Below are positions 26,734 through 35,600 of a stretch of DNA of 64,000 nt, one piece after another. The notes under the pieces are model-generated. The model made no database searches. It worked only from the letters and a program-made list of their open reading frames with translations, and was not told the origin of the DNA. This stretch comes from Candidatus Omnitrophota bacterium. GTDB lineage: Bacteria > Omnitrophota > Gorgyraeia > JACQQV01. The stretch is from contig JACQQV010000046.1 in the NCBI GenBank assembly GCA_016206785.1, positions 19,512-83,511 on the forward strand. The letters run 5' to 3'. A program made the position numbers and the translations under genes. Positions within the stretch are counted from its first letter, which is position 1. Every line of letters begins with the position of its first letter.

Positions 26734-29124
26734 TTACCTCTTTCCCCTCCAGGTGTCCATCTGGATTCTCCTTCCCTCTGAGATCATACGGATCGCGCCG
26801 GAGTGGAGGGTTTGGTAGGTTGGAATTTTGAAATCATCAAGGAGAGAAATAATTTTAGGTGAAGGAAGGTTGTAAGTTTCTCTTTCTCCAACGCTGATCA
26901 CGGCCGCATCCGGTGAGACTGCCTTCAAAAATGAGACCGCCTCTTTGCCCAAGTCTCCTCCATGATGCGGCATCTTCAAGATATCTGCATCAAGATTCTG
27001 TTTGGAATCTTCCAGACTCCTGATCGCATCTTCTTGGATGTCGGCTGTGAAAAGAAATACATTTTCTCCATGCGTCAGTCTGAGAACCACACCGTTATTA
27101 TTCTCTTCCTTCTTGATGCCACTTAAAAAGGGATGCGGCGGATGAAGCACTTCGAGGTGAACGTCTGGGAACCCAGTGATTTTCTGACCTCGTTGAAGAA
27201 GAATGGGTTTAAGGCCAAGTGTTTCAATGGTTCGCTGATACCTTCGGTAAGCAACATTTTCCTTGGGAAATCCACTTTCAAAGACATAGGTCGGGTGGAA
27301 AGTTTCGAGTATCGTCGGAATCCCCCCAACATGATCTTGGTCCGCATGAGTCACGAGAACTGCGTCGAGTCGATGAATCCCTTTTTTGCGAAGAAAAGGG
27401 GTAATGATTTTCCGACCGGCGTCAAACTCGTCTCTCCGGTCTCCCCCATCCATCAAAAGGTTTCCCCTCCCAGGAAACTGGAGAAAGATCGCATCCCCGT
27501 GACCCACGTTCAGAAAAGTAACCTCCAATTTCGGAGTCTTGAAAAGCGTCGACCAGACCCAGAAGTTACAAAGCGCAAGACCCAAGACGACCGCTTTCCA
27601 CCTGAATCGTTCCAATGGCTTCAAAAGGAAAACGCCGAGGATCGCATAATAAAGAAAAAGAAATGCGCCGGGAATTGAGGTGTGAAATGATCCGAAAGGA
27701 ATCTTATCAAAAATTTTTGTACCGTGGATGAGAAGCGAGATAAAGAAATTTTCAAGTGTGAGAAGCCATTCCGATAGGACCGGAACGAACTGGCCCAGGA
27801 GGAGCCATAAGATGCCAACGCCCACAATTGGAAAAAGAAGGGGGATCACGAAAAGGTTTGCAATCCAACTCACAGGGCTCACCACATAAAAATGGTACGC
27901 GACGACCGGCCAGATCCCGATCCAGACCCCGACGGAAATCAGAAACAGATTAAACGCGTAGCCCGCAACGCCCTTTATCTTAGCGACAAGCAACAAGCGA
28001 CAAGTGGCAAGTGACATCCGTGCACTTTGTTGCCTGTTGCTTGTTGCTTTCAGAGAAATGCGCTTACAGAGTTCACTGCTAAGAAACAGGAAAAAGACCG
28101 ACAGAAACGAAAGCTGAAATCCTACTTCAAAAAGGGAAAAGGGATTCCACAGAAGAAGGGCGAGATAGGCAAAAGAGAGGGTATTTAAAAGTGAAACTTC
28201 CCTTCCCAAAAGAGATCCCAGAAGGTAAAGAGCGATCATGACGGTTGCCCGCACAACCGGCGGAGAGCCGCCCACAAAGGCGGAAAACCCGACGAGAAAG
28301 AGAAGCGTTAGAAGAAATGAGAGCTCTTGGCGCATCCAGCACCACTTCAAGAGAAAGTAAAGGAGCGCGGCAAGAACCCCCACATGGAGACCGCTTATCG
28401 AAAGAAGATGAACAGTTCCTGTCCGTGTAAAGAGATCCCAAAGATCTCCCTCCAAACGCGTCCGGTCTCCCACCACCATGGCGCCGAAAAGAGAGGCCTC
28501 TTTTGGGGGGAGAAATTCATAAATCTGCCGCAATGCTTTTTGTCTAAAGGAAATGAAACCCCTCGCGAGAAAAGAAACATGATTTTTGCCGAGCGGCAGA
28601 AGTCCATGATGCGACCTTACCTTTAGGATTCCGTCGATCCCCCGACCGTTCAAATAAGAGGCAAGATCAAATTCGCCCGGATTTCCTGGACTCCGGAGTT
28701 TCTTAAGATCCCCTTCAAGCATCACCTCCTCTCCATAAGAAGGAAGGGAATGGCTTGAGACGAAAAGCCGAAGTCTTCCTGAAACCGGCTCCCACCTCTT
28801 TCCCCTTTTTAAGGCGAGACAGCGAAGGGTTTCATCTTTGTCAATCATTCCTATGATGCGGTGTGTTCCCTGTTCTCCCGGAATAAAATGGGAAATATTC
28901 AAGGGGCTTTCAAAGAAAGCAAGTTCCCACCGGAGCATACCGAGAGAAAGAAGAACAAGACTTAAGAGCGGCGTCGAGGCCCTGGACTGGCGCAGGCAAA
29001 AACCGAGGAGACAAAAGAGTAACGCAAAAAGGAAGATCACCCAGAAGGGAAAGTGAAAATACGAGGAGAGGAGGAGGCCCAGTGTAAAAAAAAGAGCGGC
29101 TAAAAGGAGGGAGGATTCATTCAA
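26734..29124 (-). CDS. comEC: DNA internalisation competence protein ComEC/Rec2
   Basis: 796 aa. A polytopic membrane N-terminal region, a competence domain and a C-terminal metallo-beta-lactamase motif VLVTHADQDHVGGIP are present. Confidence 0.85.
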   Translation of the reverse strand: MNESSLLLAALFFTLGLLLSSYFHFPFWVIFLFALLFCLLGFCLRQSRASTPLLSLVLLSLGMLRWELAFFESPLNISHFIPGEQGTHRIIGMIDKDETLRCLALKRGKRWEPVSGRLRLFVSSHSLPSYGEEVMLEGDLKKLRSPGNPGEFDLASYLNGRGIDGILKVRSHHGLLPLGKNHVSFLARGFISFRQKALRQIYEFLPPKEASLFGAMVVGDRTRLEGDLWDLFTRTGTVHLLSISGLHVGVLAALLYFLLKWCWMRQELSFLLTLLFLVGFSAFVGGSPPVVRATVMIALYLLGSLLGREVSLLNTLSFAYLALLLWNPFSLFEVGFQLSFLSVFFLFLSSELCKRISLKATSNRQQSARMSLATCRLLLVAKIKGVAGYAFNLFLISVGVWIGIWPVVAYHFYVVSPVSWIANLFVIPLLFPIVGVGILWLLLGQFVPVLSEWLLTLENFFISLLIHGTKIFDKIPFGSFHTSIPGAFLFLYYAILGVFLLKPLERFRWKAVVLGLALCNFWVWSTLFKTPKLEVTFLNVGHGDAIFLQFPGRGNLLMDGGDRRDEFDAGRKIITPFLRKKGIHRLDAVLVTHADQDHVGGIPTILETFHPTYVFESGFPKENVAYRRYQRTIETLGLKPILLQRGQKITGFPDVHLEVLHPPHPFLSGIKKEENNNGVVLRLTHGENVFLFTADIQEDAIRSLEDSKQNLDADILKMPHHGGDLGKEAVSFLKAVSPDAAVISVGERETYNLPSPKIISLLDDFKIPTYQTLHSGAIRMISEGRRIQMDTWRGKR
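27985..28052. repeat. Family B palindromic element (copy 2), read through in frame inside comEC
   Basis: AGCGACAAGCAACAAGCGACAAGTGGCAAGTGACATCCGTGCACTTTGTTGCCTGTTGCTTGTTGC. It encodes ...LKATSNRQQSARMSLATCRLLLVAK... of ComEC. Confidence 0.5.
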
Positions 29125-29473
29125 GAATGAGAAGGTCCTTCAGTTCCTCATAGGTTTTGGCTCCTATCCCTTTCACTTTCAGAATGTCTTCTTTCTTTCT
29201 GAATCCGTTTGCTTCTCTGTAATCGACAATCCGTCTTGCAAGTTGAGGACCAATGCGAGGAAGCCGAGCAAAATCCTCTTCCCTTCCCTCACTTAAAGAA
29301 ACCTGCTTTGCGATTTCAAAATCTTTCTCAACCTTTTCGACCGCTTCCAAGGAAGGAGTGACCTGAAGAGAAAGTGGTGCATTTTTCTTGGTGTAGGAAA
29401 AGCCGAATCCTAACAGAAGTGCACTACTTAAAACAAGGAGGGCGATCTTTTCGGAAGAGGGTGGAGAAGCCAT
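29117..29473 (-). CDS. comEA: competence protein ComEA (helix-hairpin-helix DNA-binding)
   Basis: A signal/anchor N-terminus and a C-terminal HhH (ILKVKGIGAKTYEELKDLL) are present. Confidence 0.75.
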   Translation of the reverse strand: MASPPSSEKIALLVLSSALLLGFGFSYTKKNAPLSLQVTPSLEAVEKVEKDFEIAKQVSLSEGREEDFARLPRIGPQLARRIVDYREANGFRKKEDILKVKGIGAKTYEELKDLLILE

Positions 29474-29480
29474 CTGGATC

Positions 29481-31976
29481 CTAAGTCACGACGAGATTGA
29501 CTAACTTTTTCGGGACAATCACCCACTGTTTGACCGTTTTCCCGTCAAGCCATTTTCTGATCGATTCATCGTTAAGAATTTTTTCCTTGAGGAGCTCATC
29601 GGAAAGATCGACAGCGACATTCAGTTTCGAACGGACCTTCCCGTTCACCTGAATGACAATGGTCACTTCCTCCACCGCAATCGCGTTGGGATCATAGGAA
29701 GGCCAAGAAGCGCGAAAGACGCTTCCCTTCCGCCCGAGGGAAGACCAGATCTCTTCAGCCAGATGAGGGATGAAAGGGGCAAGGAGAAGGACAAGGAGCT
29801 CAAAGGCTTCACGAAGGAGGACCCGTTCGTTCTCTTGGAGAGTTTTTTCTTCTTCACCCAAATACCGATAGATTTCATTCACGAGTTCCATCATGGAGGC
29901 GATCGCCGTGTTGAAGCGGAAAGAGCCCTCCATGTCTTCTGTCACCTTTTTAAGGGTGAGGTGAAGTTTTCTCCGAAGAGAGACCCCTTCTTCATTCAAA
30001 CCCGAAACGGCCGAGGAGACCGGAACTAAGGCTCCGCGCTTTGAAAGAAGCTGTGAAAGGCGCCAGACTCGATTCAGGAATCGAAAGGCGCCTTCGACAC
30101 CCCGATCGCTCCATTCGGCGTCCTTCTCGGGAGGACCGATAAAGAGGGTGTAGAGCCGAACGGTATCTGCACCAAAGCGCTCGATGAGTTCATCGGGGCT
30201 CACGACATTTCCCTTTGACTTCGACATCTTAAATCCGTCTTTGATGATCATCCCCTGAGTAAAGAGCCGTTCAAAGGGTTCATCGAAACCGACATATCCC
30301 AAGTCATGAAGGACCTTCACGATAAAGCGGGAGTAAAGAAGGTGAAGAATTGCATGTTCTACGCCTCCGATATATTGATCGACGGGAAGCCAACGATTGA
30401 CGAGCGCCGTGTCAAAGGGTCGCTCGGCATTCTGCGGAGAAAGGTAGCGGAGAAAGTACCAACTGGAGTCGACAAAGGTATCCATCGTATCAAATTCACG
30501 TTTCCCCTCCCCTTTGCATTTGGGGCAACGGGTTTTGACGAATTCGGGAGCGTCCTTTAAAGGAGATTCGCCGGTCGGTCTGAAACGAACATTTTCCGGT
30601 AGGAGAACTGGGAGATCCTTCTCAGGAACCGGAACAATCCCGCAGGCATTACAGTAGAGGATCGGAATGGGGGCCCCCCAATAGCGCTGCCGTGAAATAA
30701 GCCAGTCCCGGAGCCGATAGGCAGAGGTGCGTCGGCCCATCCCTTTTTTCTCCATGAAATGGGCGATCTTCTCCATCGCCTCCCGGTTTCCGAGGCCGTT
30801 GAAAAGTTCAGAATGGACCATGATCCCTTCCTCTATATAGGCTTCTTTCATGGTGAGCGGGTTGAGCGGGTTTTCCGGTTGGTCGATGACCACTTCGATG
30901 GGAAGACCGTACTTCTTGGCAAATTCAAAATCCCTTTGGTCATGGGCGGGAACCGCCATGACCGCCCCTGTTCCATATTCAAGAAGAACATAATTTGCAA
31001 CCCAGAGCGGAATTTTTCTGCCATTTACAGGATTCACGACATGCCAGCCGGTAAAAACCCCCTCCTTCTTGACTTCAAGGGCAGAGCGTTCTTCCTGGGG
31101 TTGCCGCAAGATCCGTTCCACAAACTGTTGAATCTCACCTTTATTTTTGGAATCACGAATCAGTTCTTGAAGGCGGGGATGCTCAGGGGCAAGCACCATA
31201 TAGGTTGCTCCGTAGATCGTGTCCACGCGTGTTGTAAAGCAGGTCAGCGGCTCTCCTTCGCCGTCTACCGGGAAATGGATTGCAACTCCCTCGTTCTTCC
31301 CGATCCAATTTCGTTGCATCACGCGAACCCTCTCGGGCCAATGGGTGAGTTGAGCGATATCCTTGAGGAGCCGTTCTGCATAATCGGTGATTTTGAAGAA
31401 CCATTGTTCAAGAAATTTTTGAATGACCGGTGTTTCGCACCGCTCACAGGCCCCGTTTACAACCTGTTCATTCGCAAGGACGGTCTGACAGGAGGAGCAC
31501 CAGTTGACGGCCGCCCGTTTTTTGTAGGCGAGACTTTTTTCATAGAGTTTCAAGAAAATCCACTGGCTCCACTTGTAATAATCGGGAAAGCAGGCGGTCA
31601 CTTCCCTCCGCCAGTCGTAACAGACCCCCCATTGCCGGAGCTGCCGCTTCATGGTCGCTATGTTGTTTAAGGTCGAGATCTTCGGATGGAGCCCTCCTTT
31701 GATCGCAGCGTTTTCTGCCGGAAGACCAAAGGCATCCCATCCTATCGGGGCCAGGACGTTAAAGCCGCGCATCAGTTTGTAGCGAGCAACGACGTCTCCA
31801 ATGATGTAGTTCCGACCATGTCCCACATGGAGGGTAGCAGAGGGATAGGGGAACATGACAAGGCAGTAATATTTCGTTTTATCCGTCCGGGAGGTATCGA
31901 CCTCAAAAAGTCTCTCTTTTTCCCAGAAAGATTGCCATTTCGGTTCGATCGTCCTAAAAGGATAGATTTCTTCCAT
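29481..31976 (-). CDS. leuS: leucine--tRNA ligase
   Basis: The HIGH motif (PYPSATLHVGHGRNY) and the KMSKS motif (KMSKSKGN) are present. The start is set at MEEIYPFRTIEPKWQSFW, matching E. coli MQEQYRPEEIESKVQLHW. The longer track ORF would overlap tRNA-Ala. Confidence 0.95.
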   Translation of the reverse strand: MEEIYPFRTIEPKWQSFWEKERLFEVDTSRTDKTKYYCLVMFPYPSATLHVGHGRNYIIGDVVARYKLMRGFNVLAPIGWDAFGLPAENAAIKGGLHPKISTLNNIATMKRQLRQWGVCYDWRREVTACFPDYYKWSQWIFLKLYEKSLAYKKRAAVNWCSSCQTVLANEQVVNGACERCETPVIQKFLEQWFFKITDYAERLLKDIAQLTHWPERVRVMQRNWIGKNEGVAIHFPVDGEGEPLTCFTTRVDTIYGATYMVLAPEHPRLQELIRDSKNKGEIQQFVERILRQPQEERSALEVKKEGVFTGWHVVNPVNGRKIPLWVANYVLLEYGTGAVMAVPAHDQRDFEFAKKYGLPIEVVIDQPENPLNPLTMKEAYIEEGIMVHSELFNGLGNREAMEKIAHFMEKKGMGRRTSAYRLRDWLISRQRYWGAPIPILYCNACGIVPVPEKDLPVLLPENVRFRPTGESPLKDAPEFVKTRCPKCKGEGKREFDTMDTFVDSSWYFLRYLSPQNAERPFDTALVNRWLPVDQYIGGVEHAILHLLYSRFIVKVLHDLGYVGFDEPFERLFTQGMIIKDGFKMSKSKGNVVSPDELIERFGADTVRLYTLFIGPPEKDAEWSDRGVEGAFRFLNRVWRLSQLLSKRGALVPVSSAVSGLNEEGVSLRRKLHLTLKKVTEDMEGSFRFNTAIASMMELVNEIYRYLGEEEKTLQENERVLLREAFELLVLLLAPFIPHLAEEIWSSLGRKGSVFRASWPSYDPNAIAVEEVTIVIQVNGKVRSKLNVAVDLSDELLKEKILNDESIRKWLDGKTVKQWVIVPKKLVNLVVT

Positions 31977-32017
31977 AGTTGTAAATGACGTCATCTTTTC
32001 GTATAATCGGACACCAT

Positions 32018-32091
32018 GGGGCTGTGGTGAAGCGGGATCACACGACAATGGCATTGTCGGGTCACGGGTTCGATTCCCGTCAGCTCCACCA
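32018..32091 (+). tRNA. tRNA-Ala (anticodon GGC)
   Basis: Hand-folded cloverleaf. The acceptor GGGGCTG/CAGCTCC carries the G3:U70 alanine identity pair. The anticodon stem is CGACA/TGTCG with loop ATGGCAT. The T-loop is TTCGATT and CCA is encoded. Confidence 0.85.
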
Positions 32092-32156
32092 TCCTAATAC
32101 TTTACTCATCATAACGGAAGAGAGTGCTAAAAGTCAATTTGGAGGTGAAAAGAAAA

Positions 32157-32176
32157 GGAGCCGATTAATCGGCTCC
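32157..32176. terminator. bidirectional rho-independent terminator hairpin GGAGCCGA-ttaa-TCGGCTCC, flanked by A- and T-runs
   Basis: It is followed by TTTTCTTT on the plus strand and by TTTTCTTTT on the minus strand. Confidence 0.7.
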
Positions 32177-32306
32177 TTTTCTTTAGAATACACTCGAAAA
32201 ACCGCTATCTTCTTTTTCTTTTCTTGGCGGCTTTTTTCTTTCTCTTTTTCGCCAAAGGTATCAGACCCCCTTCCTTAAGCGAACTTTTTACCAATCCATT
32301 GACACT

Positions 32307-32335
32307 ATATTACACGAAAAATCCCATTTTGTCAA
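32307..32335 (-). promoter_or_regulatory. near-consensus sigma70 promoter on the minus strand (TTGACA-N17-TAATAT)
   Basis: Reverse complement: TTGACAaaatgggatttttcgtgTAATAT. It drives a ~150-nt transcript ending at the 32157..32176 terminator. Confidence 0.55.
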
Positions 32336-32353
32336 GGGTCGTTGTGGAGTATC

Positions 32354-32362
32354 TGGTATAAT
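32354..32362 (+). promoter_or_regulatory. extended -10 promoter element TGGTATAAT upstream of tRNA-Leu
   Basis: A perfect TATAAT with an upstream TG. There is no clear -35. It lies 150 nt upstream of tRNA-Leu. Confidence 0.4.
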
Positions 32363-32515
32363 ATAAGGAAGGGGGACGACCGCAATTTGCTGAATCTCCC
32401 TTAAAGACAAATTGCGCCATTAAGGGGGAAACGCTGTTTCCCCCTTATGGGGAGCGAAGGCCGAGCAGCGACATTACGGATTGTCTCTATTTGGTCGCGC
32501 GGAGGCCGAAGCGAC

Positions 32516-32602
32516 GCCGAAGTGGCGGAATGGGTATACGCGCCGGTCTCAAAAACCGGTGGGGGCAACCCTGTGAGAGTTCGACCCTCTCCTTCGGCAC
32601 CA
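32516..32602 (+). tRNA. tRNA-Leu (anticodon CAA), type II with long variable arm
   Basis: The acceptor is GCCGAAG/CTTCGGC. The anticodon stem is CCGGT/ACCGG with loop CTCAAAA. A 15-nt variable arm, T-arm GAGAG-TTCGACC-CTCTC and an encoded CCA are present. Confidence 0.85.
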
Positions 32603-32627
32603 CTTTAGTGTACGGTTTACGGGTAGT

Positions 32628-35600
32628 TTAGACAGAATTGAGGTAGGTTTCGTACGCTTTGCGGTACTCCGAACCAATGGGGATGGGTGCAGCCTGAATC
32701 ATATTTCCTTCCATTTTTAGAAATTGAGCCAGTTCCCCCAAATTCCCGCGTGCCTGCCAAGTGTGCTGAACCACAGAGACTTCTGCCGCAACATTCACAA
32801 GAAAAGAGGCAAGATTTAAGGCGTTAGGAGTTGCCGAATCGGATGACCAATTAAAAGAAGGATCAAAAACGACCATTCTGACCTTCGACTGAATTTTCGG
32901 CTTTGCGCCCGGCGTTTTAGATTCCACAAGAGCCAGTCCCGTTTGCATTCGAGGATTCGGCATTGATACAACACCGGAACCTTTCCATAGATTTATATTG
33001 TCACGGGAGGCAATAACCACGACATCCGGACTTTCAAGCAAAGGAAAATCAATATTTTGATCTGCAAATTTTTCCCAAAGTAAATCTTCTAATGTCTTGG
33101 CATAATATCTCGACCGAATGGCGCTGCCATACCACATGCTTGCCTCTTCCTTCATCTCGACGAGAATTTGCTCTCGTGTTTTTCCATATGCGCGGAGGCG
33201 GTATTCAAGGTTTTCAGGTGAAATTCGCAAAAATTCTGCAATCTCCTCGTCGGTCCCTTTTATTCTCAGTTTTTCAAACAGCATACCTTGAGTGACAATG
33301 ACGCTGAATTGCTCGGGGCGCAGAGCGTGTTTCGCCAAATAAGCGTCAATTTCTCCGGAAGTCACCGAGGAATCGTCGATAATCAGGGTATTCTTAAAAA
33401 GACTCTTTCGATTGTCTCGAGGATTTCCGGTAGCGTCCGCCAGATGGTCTAAGGCAAGAGAAAAACTCTCCCCCAGATCTTCCCTTAATAAAGATGAATG
33501 GTAGAGGTGAAATTTGGGTTTGGCATTTCTTTTGAGCTCTTCGCTCGGCGTGCGATCCGCATATTTTCCTTGTGCCATGAGCCACTCTGGATCTCGAGCC
33601 ACATACCGCTCGGCACCGTCCCGAACCGCAATCGTCTCCGGCTGATGGACGATGAGGACTCGGTTGTCGTTCCATTCTCGATGGCTCTTTACTTCGGCCT
33701 CCTTCGACAATTGGTCGTTTCGGCGGTTGAGAATCGCGTTTGCCGGTTCACCGCGCCCCGCCCATCCGGCAATGTTCTCGGCAAGCCACTGCCGTTTCCC
33801 TTTCAGGTCGTACGCGACACCATCATCTCCAAGAAGGACCGTACTTTGATCTCCCAAAGGAAGCTCTCCTTCCAGAAACCATGCCTCCTCCCGTAAATAG
33901 GGTCTCATCCGCCGATCCCCATAGGAATTGGTAAATCTCCAGTAAGGACCGACCCTCGCTGCCCGCCCGAAGTCCTGACTCCCTTCATGGTAAACCGCTC
34001 CCTTTGCAAGGGCAATGTTTCTTCCCTCTTCATCCAAAGCCGGGTTCTGTTCGGGAGTGGTGAGTCGAATTTCTCCCTGATCCGCAATCATGAGCCACGC
34101 ATCCCCTCTTCCGAATCCGGAGACCCTTCGTTCATCCCCTACCTTCCGGATAAAGGCAACGGCGACGAGTGCGCCCGAATCCATCTTTTCGACAAGAGCG
34201 AGAAGGGCGCGGTCTGTTGTCTCATAAACGTCGCGGAAGTTTTCTCCCTTTTCACGAAGGGCATTTTCAAAAATGGAAGGGAGTTTCCGCTTGATCAGGT
34301 GCGCCGCCTCTTCGTCATAATGCCCATCGATCACAGCGATCAAATCTCCCTCAATGTTTCCTACCCTCACCGGATGAACAAGGGTGCGGCTCTCTTGGCC
34401 TTCCCGTCCCGTGCCGATATCGGCCACATAACTGACTTTTCCGCCCGAGACGGCCTCTTTCTCCCCCGCTTCGTACTCCACATTCCAGCTGTACCGACCG
34501 TCCTTAAAGAGCCAGAAACCGTTCACAAACTTGTGGTTTTCCATCCGCCACCGGCCGTCGAGATTATCCTCAAAAATATCGATTCCCCGTTTCAGTTGTT
34601 CTTCCGAATGGAACGGGTATCCCAAAACAGGGTGGTGGGTCTGTCCCGCCCGGACCATCGTCAGTTCTTCGTGTACCTGCTCGAGCGCTTCTTGAATTTT
34701 GGCCTCCATCAAAAGATCCACATCCAAAGGGTTTTTCGTTGCACTCTTGGTTTTACTGAGAATGTGCCGCAGCACCAGATCGGGCCGGAGGAGAACCCCT
34801 CCGATGATATCGTTTTGAGGACCGGGTCCGAGTTTTTGGGTGAAGTGAATCAGATGCTCCCCTGCTTTGACCCGCTGTGCCACGATACTTCCAAAGCCGA
34901 GGTACGTTTCTTCCCCATCTTCCACTTCAAAAATGGTGTTCGTTCCGACAAAGGTCGTCTCGAGAATAATTCTCCCGGAGGAATCCGGTCGGTCCGGCAC
35001 CACCGTGGAGCCGCCCCCCCAGTTGGGGGCATTCGCCACCTCTATGGTTTTTCCTTTCGCCCTGAACGTGATCGGCCGTGCGACGACATTCAAAGCCCTT
35101 CCGGCAAGATGGTGGTTTGTGTAAAGTCCCGAGACGAAAACGTTCACATGGAGGGAACCGATGCCCCGATTAACCCCCGGCGTCGAGTCGTCGAAATGGC
35201 TCGAAAGGACCGTCGCATAGGGCTCGAGCAGATGGTATTTTCCGATATTGCTGAGTTTCGCCAGAAAGAGACTCCCCTCTGTTTCGTCTCCGATAAAAGT
35301 ATTTTGAACGCGGCCCATGCTCAAGCGAACCCCATTTCCGATGTCTGAGATGTTTCCCTCCGTTGAATCGATGAACATCCGGACAAGACGTGCTCTTCTT
35401 CCGATTCTCGCGTATTGAATGCCGGATCCCCAAACGAAAGTCTCTTCACCAACGGTGGTATCGATCAGATGGGAACCGAAAATTTTCGCTCCCTTCCGGA
35501 TAACCGTCTTCCCTTCCAAAATCACGCCCGGGCCGATAACGGCCCCTTCCTCAATTTCAACCTGATTGCCGATGACGGCGGTCGGGTCAATATCGGCAAT

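Noticed and set aside
31977-32054. 5' extension of leuS (track ORF start at 32054, MPLSCDPASPQ...).
   Set aside because: It would overlap tRNA-Ala on the opposite strand. LeuS homology begins at MEEIYPF (ATG at 31976).
32505-32522. Duplicated GCCGAAG acceptor-stem heptamer 11 nt upstream of tRNA-Leu, as a second or alternative tRNA 5' end.
   Set aside because: Only the second copy gives a complete cloverleaf with a proper D-arm. The first is probably a processing-site repeat or chance.
32341-32602. Plus-strand ORF starting at ATGGGGAGCGAAGG and running through tRNA-Leu.
   Set aside because: It overlaps a well-formed tRNA cloverleaf and has no RBS. It is an artefact of GC-rich tRNA sequence.
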